Source: Nitrospirota bacterium
GTDB taxonomy: Bacteria > Nitrospirota > JACRHJ01
DNA: 64,000 bases
Direction of reading: 5' to 3'
Assembly: GCA_963733375.1 (NCBI GenBank)
Contig: CAVTDB010000008.1
Coordinates: 50,652 to 114,651 of the forward strand
In this document: positions 34,750-45,330 of the stretch, in pieces
How positions within the stretch are numbered: the stretch's first letter is position 1
Layout of the letters: each line of letters opens with the position of its first letter
Notes under the pieces: model-generated
Databases searched by the model: none
Seen by the model: the letters and a program-made list of their open reading frames with translations, nothing else
Told to the model about the DNA's origin: nothing
Program-made: the position numbers and the translations under genes

Positions 34750-34832
34750 TGTGACTTACGTCACAGATAACGTGTGACTTGAAGCACAGACGCATACCCG
34801 CGTTTATGTATAATGCCGTGACTTATGTCACA
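34750..34832. promoter_or_regulatory. Three Crp-type operator boxes around a -10 element
   Basis: TGTGA-cttacg-TCACA (34750), TGTGA-cttgaa-GCACA (34773) and CGTGA-cttatg-TCACA (34817); TATAAT at 34809. Confidence 0.8.
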
Positions 34833-34898
34833 GACGGCGCCAATATGCGAGGCGCTCATAAACTCAACGCTGATAACGGGAATTAAGGAGGAAACGAG

Positions 34899-35138
34899 AT
34901 GCCTGAAGTAACGATTGACCGTACAATAGACGCACGCGGTGCGGCCTGTCCGGGTCCGACGATGGAACTGATAAAGGCTATGAAAGCGGCGGAGGTCGGG
35001 GCGGTGGTAGAAGTTCTGTCGTCCGATAAAATGACCACCGTCGACGGTGCGGCATGGCTGAACAAAGTAGGGCAGGAGATGGTGGCAGCCAGCGACAAAG
35101 GGGGCTACTGGAGCATAATCGCAAAAAAAATCAAATAG
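34899..35138 (+). CDS. TusA/SirA family sulfur carrier
   Basis: IDARGAACPGP motif; 79 aa. Confidence 0.92.
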   Translation: MPEVTIDRTIDARGAACPGPTMELIKAMKAAEVGAVVEVLSSDKMTTVDGAAWLNKVGQEMVAASDKGGYWSIIAKKIK

Positions 35139-35154
35139 GAAATGGAAATAAAAA

Positions 35155-36294
35155 ATGTCTAAGAGAATTGTAATAATCGGAGGGGGGTCCGCGGGTACGA
35201 TTACCGCCAACACCGTCGCAAGGAACCTTTACCGGCAGCTCGTCAATGGCAGCGTAATCATCAACATGATTACGGACAAGCCGGACCACGTATACCAGCC
35301 TGGACTTCTCTACGTCGTCTTCGACAAGATGCGCGCGGACGAGATAGTAAGAAGGCAAAAAGACCTGCTTGACCAGCACATCAACCTGTTTGTAGACCCC
35401 GCGGTAAAGATCGACAGGGATAACAAGGTCGTGTATACCGCGAGCGGAAAGCAATTTCCGTACGACTATCTCGTCATTGCCACAGGGTCGAAGATCGTGC
35501 CCGAAGAGATCCCGGGGCTGAAAGAGGGAGCACACTGGTTCTACGACCTGGAAGGCGCGAAGAAACTACGCCAGGCCTTGTTGGATTTCAAAGGAGGAAG
35601 GATCGCCATCACCATCGGCGTCCCGCACAAATGTCCGGTAGCCCCGCTCGAAATCACGTTCATGCTCCATGAATACTTCAAGCAGAAGGGCATGCTCGAC
35701 AAGGTGGAGCTTTTTTATACCTATCCGATCAACAGGCTGCACTCAATCCAGTCTCTGGCGGACTGGGCGGTCCCGGAGTTCGAGAAGAAGGGCATCAAGT
35801 ACGAGACCTTCTTCAATATGGAAGAGATAGACCCGGTAAATAAGGTCGTACGGTCCATGGAGGGCAGCGAACTGAGCTACGACCTCCTCATAGCCGTACC
35901 GCCGCACAAGGGCGCTCAGGTCGTTACGGATTCCGGGCTCGGAAAAGACGGGTGGATTGTAACGGATAAAAAGACCCTGCGTAACGAAGGCTACAAAAAC
36001 GTGTATGTAGTCGGGGATACGACCGACCTCCCCATAAGCAAGGCGGGCTCGACAGCCCATTTCGAGTCACACGTCGTTGCGGACAGGCTTTCATCCGAAA
36101 TACTTGAAAACAGCACCGGCGCGGAGTACGACGGCAAGGTCATATGTTTCGTCGAGACGGCGTTCGACCAGGCGACGTATATATGGTTCGATTACCAGAA
36201 CCCGCCCACCCCGGCGCCTCCCTCAAAAATGATCCACTGGATGAAACTGGGATACAACAGGCTTTACTGGCTTTCCGCGAGGGGTATATTATAA
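35155..36294 (+). CDS. sqr: Sulfide:quinone oxidoreductase-like FAD flavoprotein
   Basis: GGGSAG, HVYQPG, YDYLVIATG, KCPVAPLE, VGDTTDLPISKAGSTAH and YDGKVICF. Confidence 0.82.
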   Translation: MSKRIVIIGGGSAGTITANTVARNLYRQLVNGSVIINMITDKPDHVYQPGLLYVVFDKMRADEIVRRQKDLLDQHINLFVDPAVKIDRDNKVVYTASGKQFPYDYLVIATGSKIVPEEIPGLKEGAHWFYDLEGAKKLRQALLDFKGGRIAITIGVPHKCPVAPLEITFMLHEYFKQKGMLDKVELFYTYPINRLHSIQSLADWAVPEFEKKGIKYETFFNMEEIDPVNKVVRSMEGSELSYDLLIAVPPHKGAQVVTDSGLGKDGWIVTDKKTLRNEGYKNVYVVGDTTDLPISKAGSTAHFESHVVADRLSSEILENSTGAEYDGKVICFVETAFDQATYIWFDYQNPPTPAPPSKMIHWMKLGYNRLYWLSARGIL

Positions 36295-36978
36295 ATGGAA
36301 TACGCTGCCAAGACATTGACTGAAATGCTCTCCGAGCCCAAGACTATGGATGCGTTGACGCACCTTTTAGACAGCTTGACAAAGCTTCATGAGGATGGCG
36401 CCCTCGACTCCTTTATAGAGACAGTCCAGACCATTTCCACGATGAAGGACCAGCCCCTGGATGCGGTGGTGAAGCAGGACTCCAACATGTCGCAGATATC
36501 CGACGTCATATCCTTCATGACCAACTCGGTCAACGATAAGATGTTAGAGCACAATGCGGAGATGATGGGAGAACTGCTGGTCATCGCAAACGAAGCCGCC
36601 GACCCCTGCATGGTAGACGCGATCAGGGAACTGAAAAGGCTCCAGAAGTCGGGGAACTTAAAAACCCTCTCGGAGGCGTCCGACATGGTGGCTTTCATGT
36701 CCAACGCCGTGACGGATACGATGGTCCAGCGGTTGACGACCCTTATCGCCGCGTTCGTCGAAGAGGTATCCACGCCGCATGTTCAGGACAGCTTGATAAG
36801 CATGACGAAATGCCTGTCCATGACGGTCCAGGAGTTCGCGGTAACCCCGCCAAAGCCGGGCCTGAAAAGTATGATGAAGGTCATGAAGGACCCTGAAGTC
36901 CAGCAGGGGATCATTTTCATGTCTACGCTCGCAAAAAACATGCACAGGTGCATGATAGATACGTATTCGGGCGAATAG
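36295..36978 (+). CDS. DUF1641 (helical membrane-anchor) protein with internal repeat
   Basis: C-terminal PPKPGLKSMMKVMKDPEVQQG; starts immediately after the sqr stop. Confidence 0.75.
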   Translation: MEYAAKTLTEMLSEPKTMDALTHLLDSLTKLHEDGALDSFIETVQTISTMKDQPLDAVVKQDSNMSQISDVISFMTNSVNDKMLEHNAEMMGELLVIANEAADPCMVDAIRELKRLQKSGNLKTLSEASDMVAFMSNAVTDTMVQRLTTLIAAFVEEVSTPHVQDSLISMTKCLSMTVQEFAVTPPKPGLKSMMKVMKDPEVQQGIIFMSTLAKNMHRCMIDTYSGE

Positions 36979-36999
36979 AACATCAATTCGGGACCATTC

Positions 37000-37038
37000 A
37001 AAGGGGTTACGCTTAAGTCGGCGTAACCCCTTTTTTTG
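37000..37038. terminator. Intrinsic terminator
   Basis: AAAGGGGTTACGC..GCGTAACCCCTTTTTTT. Confidence 0.88.
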
Positions 37039-37069
37039 CGGAAAAGCCGTTATTTATCCTGAAAAAGTG

Positions 37070-37113
37070 TTGACAGGGAGTAAATGGGCGTGATAAAAGA
37101 ATGAACGTTCATT
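37070..37113 (+). promoter_or_regulatory. tetR promoter with palindromic operator
   Basis: TTGACA at 37070; perfect palindrome AATGAACGTTCATT at 37100-37113. Confidence 0.75.
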
Positions 37114-37129
37114 TTACTTGAGGTGACCG

Positions 37130-37729
37130 ATGGAGAAAACAGACAAACGATGCGCCATTGTATGCGCGACACTCGACCTGGTGGCGGAGCAGGGGTTCCA
37201 TGGAGCGCCCATGGCCCTCGTGGCAGAGCGCGCCGGGGTCGCGGCAGGGACCATCTACCGCTATTTCGAGAGCAAGGACGTCCTGATAAACGAGGTGTAC
37301 CACTACCTGGAGGAACGGTTTTTCAAGGCGGTGATGGAGGACTACTCTGAAGACGACCCGGTCCGCGACCGCTTCCTCCACATAGGAGAAGTGCTGGTCC
37401 GTTACTGCATAGGAGCGCCGCTGGAGTTCAGGTTCCTGGAGCAGTTCCACAACTCCCCATACGGGGCGGTACACCGCCGTGAAAAACTCTTCGGCAAAGG
37501 CAACAGGGATGTCATCACGGAGCTTTTCGACGAAGCGCTTAGCGCGGGGATAGTGAAGGACCTGCCACTCCCGGTGCTCTTCGGGCTCGCCTTCGGGCCG
37601 TTGCTCGATATCTGCCGTGACCACATACTTCATTTCATCGAACTGGACGATGAACTTATATCGCGCTGCGTCGAGGCTTGCTGGGATGCCCTGAGGCGCT
37701 ATCCCGACGAAGGGCTTCCGCGGGCGTAA
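37130..37729 (+). CDS. TetR/AcrR family regulator
   Basis: GFHGAPMALVAERAGVAAGTIYRYFESK. Confidence 0.93.
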   Translation: MEKTDKRCAIVCATLDLVAEQGFHGAPMALVAERAGVAAGTIYRYFESKDVLINEVYHYLEERFFKAVMEDYSEDDPVRDRFLHIGEVLVRYCIGAPLEFRFLEQFHNSPYGAVHRREKLFGKGNRDVITELFDEALSAGIVKDLPLPVLFGLAFGPLLDICRDHILHFIELDDELISRCVEACWDALRRYPDEGLPRA

Positions 37730-37746
37730 TTTTTGATTTGATGACG

Positions 37747-37782
37747 AATGAATATTCATTATTTGGATAATGAGCGCTTATT
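37747..37782. promoter_or_regulatory. Two further TetR-type operator copies upstream of the RND operon
   Basis: AATGAATATTCATT (37747) and AATGAGCGCTTATT (37769). Confidence 0.72.
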
Positions 37783-37800
37783 TCAAAGGGTGAGGTAGTT

Positions 37801-38998
37801 ATGAAATTCAGGTACGGATTTGGTTTGTCTATGGTCGCCGTCATTACGGCTGGCGTGATGGTAATCAGCGGTTGCGGGAAAAAAGCGGCGGCACTTTCCG
37901 GGGTGCAGATGCCTCCTCCCGAGGTCGGAGTCGTGACCGTGACGCCTCAGCGGGTGGCGCTGACGACGGAGCTTCCGGGACGGACCTCCGCGTATCTCGT
38001 AGCCGAGGTGAGGCCGCAGGTCGGGGGGATAATTTTGAAGCGCCTCTTCACGGAGGGTTCCGACGTGAAGGCAGGGGAGGTCCTCTACCAGATCGACCCG
38101 TCCACGTACCAGGCCGCGTATGCCAGCGCGAAAGCCGCCCTCAGCATGGCGGAAGCGAACGTCGTCCCGGTCCGGCTGAAGGCCGAGCGTTACGGACAAC
38201 TGGTGGCGATAAACGCGGTCAGCAAGCAGGACTTCGACGAGGTCTCGGCCCAGCTGAAGCAGGCGGAGGCGCAGATCGAGTCAGCCAAGGCCGCGCTCCA
38301 GATGGCGCGGATAAACCTGGCGTATACGCAGATAACGGCGCCGATTTCCGGCCGTATCGGGCTGTCGTCCGTGACGACCGGGGCCCTGGTTACCGCGAGC
38401 CAGACTGCGCCTCTTGCGACTATACAGAGTCTGGACAAGGTTTATGTGGACGTCACCCAGTCGGCGGCGGACCTGCTTCTTCTGAAGCAGAACATTGCCC
38501 GCGGACGGATGAAGAAGGACGGCGACCAGGCGAAAGTGAAGCTCGTCCTGGAGGACGGGACGCCTTATCCGCTTACCGGGACGCTTAAATTTTCCGACGT
38601 AACCGTGGACCAGAGCACCGGGTCCGTGACGGTGCGTACCGTTTTTCCCAACCCGAAAGAGGTGCTGCTGCCGGGGATGTATGTCCGGGCGATACTGGAG
38701 GAAGGCGTCGACGAGAATGCTATCCTGGTGCCCCAGCAGGGGGTGACCCGCGACCAGTCGGGAGATGCGACGGCCCTCGTGGTAGGGCGAGTCCGGCAAG
38801 GTGGAGCTTCGGGTCCTGAAGGTGGGCCGCACTATCGGGGACAAATGGCTGGTGGAAAATGGCCTGAAGCCGGGTGACCGCGTAATCGTTGAAGGGGTGC
38901 AGAAGGCGAAGCCCGGCACGGTGGTGAAAGCCGTCCCTGCCGGCGCGGATATTACGGCGGCGAGTGCGGGCGCTTCACCATCGATAGCGAAGAATTAA
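37801..38998 (+). CDS. acrA: RND efflux membrane fusion lipoprotein (AcrA/MexA-like; frameshift near 38790)
   Basis: Lipobox [29 protein letters not shown] and LLPGMYV. Confidence 0.9.
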
Positions 38999-39008
38999 GG
39001 AGACCTAC

Positions 39009-42000
39009 ATGTCAAGATTTTTCATCGACCGCCCCATCTTCGCCTGGGTGATCGCGATCATGGTAATGCTGGCGGGTGTCCTTGCAATAAAGACCCTGCC
39101 GGTCTCCCAGTATCCGCCGGTAGCGCCGCCGCAGATAGCCATCAACGCCGTTTACCCCGGGGCGTCGGCCAAGACCGTCGAGGACACCGTGACCCAGGTC
39201 ATCGAGCAGAAGATGAACGGCATCGACAACCTGCTCTACATGAGCTCCACCAGCGACAACACCGGGGCCGCGACCATCACCCTCACCTTCAACGCCGGGA
39301 CCGACCCGAACATCGCCCAGGTGCAGGTCCAGAACAAACTGCAGCTCGCCATGCCGCTTCTGCCTCAGCAAGTTCAGCTGCAGGGAATCCAGGTTACAAA
39401 GGCGACCAAAAACTTCCTGCTGGTGATGGGCTTCATCTCGGAGGACGGGCGGCTGAACAGATACGACCTCGCCGATTACGTCGCCTCCCACATCCAGGAC
39501 CCGCTTAGCCGGGTCGAGGGCGTCGGCGACATGAACCTGTTCGGGTCCCAGTACGCCATGCGCATCTGGCTCGACCCCAACAAGCTGAACAACTACCACC
39601 TGACCCCGGCGGACGTCCGTGCCGCGATACAGGCACAGAACGCCCAGATCTCCGCGGGCCAGCTCGGCGGTGCGCCCGCCGCCGCCGGCCAGCAGCTGAA
39701 TGCGACCATTACGGCGCAGACCCTGCTTAAGACCCCTCAGGACTTTGAAAAAATCGTGCTCAGGACAAACCCCGACGGCTCGACCATCAGGCTTAAGGAC
39801 GTGGCGCGGGCGGAGTTGGGAAGCGAAAACTACGAGACGATCGCCCGCTACGACGGCAAACCTGCCGCAGGGCTCGCGATCAAGCTTGCGACGGGGGCTA
39901 ACGCCCTCAAAACGTCCGAGGCGGTGAAGGCGAAGGTCGCCGAGCTTTCCAAGTACTTCCCGCCGGGGATGAAGGCCGTCTTCCCGTACGATACGACTCC
40001 CGTGGTAAAGATATCCATCAAGGAGGTCGTGAAGACGCTGGTCGAGGCGATCTTCCTGGTCTTCCTGGTCATGTTCCTCTTCCTCCAGAACATCCGGGCG
40101 ACCCTCATCCCGACCATCGCCGTGCCGGTCGTCCTCCTGGGGACCTTCGCGGTCCTGGCCGCCTGCGGCTTCTCGATCAACACCCTGACGATGTTCGCCA
40201 TGGTGCTTGCAATCGGGCTACTGGTGGACGACGCAATCGTCGTCGTCGAGAACGTGGAAAGGATAATGTCCGAGGAGGGGCTGTCCCCGAAGGAAGCGAC
40301 GCGCAAATCCATGGGGCAGATCACCGGCGCGCTCGTCGGCATCGCGCTCGTCCTCTCGGCGGTCTTCGTCCCGATGGCGTTCTTCGGCGGCTCCACCGGG
40401 GTCATCTACCGCCAGTTCTCCGTGACGATCGTCTCGGCCATGATCCTCTCCGTGCTTGTGGCGATGATACTCACGCCCGCCCTTTGCGCGACCATCCTTA
40501 AACCCGTAAGGAAAGGACACGTCGCGGCGGAGGGCGGCTGGTTTTCGGGCTTTTTCCGCGGGTTCAACCGCATTTTCAACTGGTTCAGCCAGGGCTATCA
40601 GACCAGGGTCGGGAAGATGCTCGGGAAGACCGCGCGTTACCTGGCCGTCTACCTTGTGCTGGTAGCGGTCATGGCCTTTGTATTCCTGCAGGATGCCGAC
40701 GGCCTTTCTTCCGGACGAGGACCAGGGCTTTCTCTACAGCATGGTGCAGCTTCCCGTCGGCGCCACACAGCAGCGCACCCTGAAGGTGTTAGAGCAGCTC
40801 GAACACCACTACCTCGTGGAGCAGAAGGACGCGGTAGACTGCCTCTTTACGGTCACGGGCTTCAGCTTCGCCGGCAGCGGCCAGAACATGGGGCTCGCCT
40901 TCGTCAAGCTCAAGGACTGGGACCTGCGGAAGGGCCCCGGACCTGAGTGCAAAGGCAGTGGTCGGGAAGGCGATGGCCGCTTTCTCGAAGTTCCGGGACG
41001 CCATGGCCTTTGCCTTCATGCCTCCCGCGGTCCGTGAGCTGGGTAACGCCACGGGCTTCGACTTCGAACTCCAGGACAGGGGCGGGGTCGGGCACGAAAA
41101 ACTGATGGAGGCCCGCAACCAATTACTTGCCATGGCCGCCAAGGACCCGGACCTTACGGCGGTCCGTCCAAACGGCCAGGATGACACGCCGCAGTTCAAA
41201 CTCGACATAGACAACGAGAAGCTCGGCGCGCTGGGGCTGTCGCTGGCAGACGTCAACGACGCCATCTCTTCCACCTGGGGGAGCTCCTTCGTCAACAACT
41301 TCATCGACCAGGGCAGGATCAAGAAGGTGTACCTCCAGGCGGACGCCCAGTTCCGCATGAAGCCCGAGGACCTGGACTACTGGTTCGTCAGGAACAAGAC
41401 CGGGGGGATGGTGCCGTTCTCGGCCTTTGCCACCGCGCACTGGACTTACGGGAGCCCGCGTCTTGAGCGATACAACGGCATTCCGTCGGTTGAAATCATG
41501 GGCCAGCCGGCGCCCGGAAAAAGCTCTGGCGAGGCGATGAAGGTCATGGAGGAGATGGCGGCGAAGCTTCCACAGGGGATCGGCTACGAGTGGACCGGTC
41601 TCTCATACGAGGAGAAACAGGCGGGCAAACAGGCTCCGGCGCTTTATGCCATCTCGCTGCTTGTGGTGTTCCTGAGCCGTGGCGGCGCTGTATGAGAGCT
41701 GGTCGATCCCCTTTGTCAACCTGCTGATGCTGCCGCTCGGCCTCGTAGGGGCGGTGACGGCGGTTACGCTGCGGGGACTCCCTAACGACATCTACCTCCA
41801 GATCGGGCTTCTGACAACCGTCGGGCTTTCGACCAAAAACGCCATCCTGATAATCCAGTTCATCAAGGACCAGCTGCGCCAGGGCCATGAACTGGTGGAG
41901 GCCACCCTGGCGGCGGTCAGGATACGGCTTCGCCCCGTCCTCATGACCTCCCTGGCCTTCTTCTTCGGCACACTGCCGCTTGCCCTTTCACACGGGGCGG

Positions 42001-42182
42001 GGGCAGCGGCGCAGAACGCGATCGGCACCGCGGTAACCGGCGGGTTGCTTTCGGCTACCTTCATCGACATGATGTTCATCCCGTTCTTCTTTGTCCTTGT
42101 TTTCAGGCTTTTCGTGAAGAAGCACCGCCGGGAACCCGCCCTTCAACCCGATTTGTCCGCCACTGCCCCGGAGGTGGACTGA
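39009..42182 (+). CDS. acrB: HAE1 RND transporter (AcrB/MexB-like; frameshifts)
   Basis: [36 protein letters not shown] and [12 protein letters not shown]. Confidence 0.93.
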
Positions 42183-42183
42183 T

Positions 42184-43616
42184 ATGAGAAGCTTAAAGCG
42201 ACCTGGCGGCCCTTTGTCTTGCCCTGGCGGCATTCTTATTGCTGAGCGGCTGTGCGACCATGGCCCCCGAATACAGCCGCCCCGCGTCTCCCGTGCCCGA
42301 CGCCTGGCCAGGCGGCCCGTCCTACAAGGAGACGGCAGGCAAAACGCCCGAAAAAGCGGCGGCAGACATCCCATGGAAAGAATTTTTCCTCGACCCGCAT
42401 CTGCGCGAGCTGATCGGCCTGGCCCTGAACAACAACCGCGACCTGCGCGTTGCCGTCCTTAATATCGAGCGGTCCCAGGCCCAGTATCAGATCCAGAGGT
42501 CGGACCTGTTCCCCAAAATCGACGCCGTGGCTGACGGTGATTTTGAACGGGTGCCCAAGGCCTTTTCAGGGACCGGAAAGTCGGAAACGGTCCAGCAATT
42601 AAGCGTCGGCCTTGGCCTCAGCTCCTACGAGCTTGACCTTTTCGGCAGGATACGGAGCCTCAAGGACCAGGCGCTGAACCAGTACTTCGCCACGGAAGAG
42701 GCCCGGCGCAGCGTCCAGATAAGCCTGGTCTCCCAGGTCGCCTCCACCTACCTGGGCCTCGCCGCGGACCAGGAGCGGCTCAAACTTGCCCAGGGAGACC
42801 CTGGCGAACCAGAAGGATTACTACCGCCTCGTCAAAAGCCGCTTCGATGCCGGGGTCGCGTCCGCCCTGGACCTCCATCAGGCCGAGACCAGCGTCGATT
42901 CGGCCGAGGTCGATATCGCCCGTTACACGACCGTGGTGGCCCAGGACGAGAACGCCCTGGATTTTGTGGTCGGCGCGCCGGTACCGGCCGGACTTCTCCC
43001 GCAGGCCCTCTCCGAGACGCTTACCGCGCTGAAGGACATTACCCCCGGCCTGCCGTCCGGCGTTCTGCTCAGCCGGCCCGACATCCTTCAGGCCGAGGAC
43101 CTGCTCAAAGGGAACAACGCGAACATCGGCGCGGCGAGGGCGGCCTTCTTCCCGCGGATTACGCTGGTCTCATCCGTCGGCCTCGGCAGCGACGACCTTG
43201 CCGGGCTCTTCAAGCCGGGTTCGTTCGCCTGGAAATTTGCCCCGCAGATATCCCTGCCGATCTTCAACGCCGGGAGCAACCGCGCCAACCTGAAAGTTGC
43301 ACAGGTCGACAAGGATATTGCGGTGGCCGATTACGAGAAGGCGATCCAGAACGCCTTCCGGGAGGTGGCCGACGCCCTCGCCGAACGGGGGACGATCGAC
43401 GAGCAGGTCGCGGCCCAGCAGTCGCTCACCGACGCCACCGCCCAGAGCTACCGCCTCTCCCAGGCCCGCTACGAAAAGGGGGTTGACAGCTATCTGAACG
43501 TCCTCGACTCCCAGCGGTCGCTTTACGCCGCCCAGCAGAACCTGATCGGCGCGCACTTAGCCAGGCTTACGAACCTGGTGACCCTGTACAAGGCGTTGGG
43601 CGGAGGGGGAGTGTAA
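42184..43616 (+). CDS. Outer-membrane efflux lipoprotein (OprM/NodT family; frameshifts)
   Basis: LSGC lipobox, [33 protein letters not shown] and LYKALGGG. Confidence 0.9.
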
Positions 43617-43662
43617 GGGCGCTGGCTTCTTTGCTTCGTCAAGCTGTGCTATAATTAGCAAC

Positions 43663-43887
43663 ATGAGAAAGATAATTTTAGCCCAATTCATCATCCTGCT
43701 CATAGGCACCTTGTTCGCCTGGACGAATTTTACGGTTGAACTTATTGCATGGCTTAAAAAAGCGCCCTGTCCTGTTGGCTGCACGGTATCGACATCGAAT
43801 CCCTTTTTGGCTCCCTGCTTTTATGGCGCCTTATTCTTTACGGCGGCCTTTGTTTTAAGCGCTATGTTATTGAAGAGGATTAAATAG
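43663..43887 (+). CDS. Small 2-TM membrane protein with a Cys-rich loop
   Basis: Two hydrophobic helices flanking CPVGC..NPFLAPCFYG; TATAAT immediately upstream. Confidence 0.6.
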   Translation: MRKIILAQFIILLIGTLFAWTNFTVELIAWLKKAPCPVGCTVSTSNPFLAPCFYGALFFTAAFVLSAMLLKRIK

Positions 43888-43923
43888 ACCAAAATAAACC
43901 GCCAAAAGCCGCCGCCCGCAAGT

Positions 43924-43952
43924 TTGACACTTCCAGCGCAGGTACCTATAAT
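43924..43952 (+). promoter_or_regulatory. Perfect-consensus sigma70 promoter
   Basis: TTGACA-N17-TATAAT. Confidence 0.85.
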
Positions 43953-43999
43953 CATAAGTACCGATAAGATGTTAACCGACATTAAAAAGGAGAACGCGT

Positions 44000-44110
44000 A
44001 TGTGCCAGACATGCGGATGCCCGCCATGCAAGACCTGCGGAAAAGAAATTAAAAACGGCGTATGTTCAGGCTGCAATAAACCCTCTGACAAATGCACCTG
44101 CAAGAAATAA
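44000..44110 (+). CDS. 36-aa Cys-rich metallothionein-like protein
   Basis: MCQTCGCPPCKTCGKEIKNGVCSGCNKPSDKCTCKK* (9 Cys), with AAGGAG RBS and a consensus promoter. Too short for the ORF track. Confidence 0.75.
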   Translation: MCQTCGCPPCKTCGKEIKNGVCSGCNKPSDKCTCKK

Positions 44111-44346
44111 GACCGGAAAAAAATTCTGACAGGGAACAGGTCGAAATAGTTTCAGATGACAAAGAGGCGTCCTGGGGGCGCCTTTTTACTGATTTGCAAG
44201 ACTTATGCCCGCACATCTTTGACCAAACAGGGGCTTACCGATATAATTAGAGGTAGGATATTGTTTAATTAATACTCTGTCCTGATATGCGGGCAGAGGC
44301 TGACTGCCGGGAATTTCGGGATGTTGAGCCGCGTGGAGGCGACAAA

Positions 44347-45239
44347 ATGAAAAAGTTACTTCTGGGAACAATCCTTCTGGGTCTGGCGCTTGCCGTTCCT
44401 GTTCCAACAATGGCAAGGGTAGAGTATAAATATTGGAATTCCTCTCCCGCCGCTTCCGCCGCCCATCATATTTCCGGCGCCGCCGGCTGTGATACCGTTG
44501 CCTGATACGGACGACGTGTACGTCGACCCTGACGTAGACGCGGACATCTATTTCTGGGATGGCTTCTGGTGGCGTTTATGGGACGGTCGCTGGTATCGCT
44601 CACCTTATTATGACCGGGGCTGGGGTTATTATGCGGTGTTCCAAGTTTTTATTTCGACGTGGACCCAGGCTGGAGAGGGTTTTACAGAAACCATGACTGG
44701 CATGGACACCCGTGGAACTACAATCGGATCCCTTACGGGACATTTCACCAAAACTGGAGGGGCTGGCATAATAATGGACATTGGAGGCACGACAGCTGGG
44801 GCGTCCGGGGCTATCGGCCCGCACCGCAACGGCAGAGACAGGAACTAAGACGTCAAAGGCAGCAGCAATTTGAGCGGAGGCCTGAGGTCCAGCGAAACAT
44901 GCAGCAGAGACGCGGGCAAGGAGTAAGACCCGAGGGCCGGACAGCCGCGAGGCGGACAAGAAAGAATGCAACCCCAGGGCAGGCAACCCGGGAGACAGCA
45001 GCAAGTCCAACCACGGGGTCAGGAACGCGGGGGTGGACCGACACCCGCAAGGAAGACCTGAAGGAGGGCCGGGGCGTGTTCAGCAACGCGGAGGTGGACC
45101 ACAACACCCGCAAGGAAGACCTGAAGGAGGGCAGGGGCGCGGCCAGGGCGGTGGCAGCCATGGCCAGGAACGAGGCCACGGCCAGGGGGCGGCCACGGTG
45201 AGCGCGAAAATCGTTAATTGTTTTCAATTAAGGACATAG
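44347..45239 (+). CDS. Secreted Pro/Trp/His-rich protein with low-complexity Q/G/R tail (frameshifted)
   Basis: Signal MKKLLLGTILLGLAL; FWDGFWWRLWDGRWYRS; repeated HPQGRPEGG. Confidence 0.6.
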
Positions 45240-45247
45240 CCCATTAA

Positions 45248-45289
45248 TAAAAAAGGCCGTATTCCGGCATGGAACACGGCCTTTTTTTT
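45248..45289. terminator. Bidirectional intrinsic terminator
   Basis: AAAAAAGGCCGTATTCC..GGAACACGGCCTTTTTTT between convergent genes. Confidence 0.85.
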
Positions 45290-45330
45290 GCCTGGGCGAG
45301 GGTTATGTCATGTTTTGCATTGTGAATTCA

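Noticed and set aside
45030-45135. Direct repeat CACCCGCAAGGAAGACCTGAAGGAGGGC as a possible CRISPR
   Set aside because: Two copies within a low-complexity coding tail, with no cas genes; no CRISPR array was seen anywhere in the window
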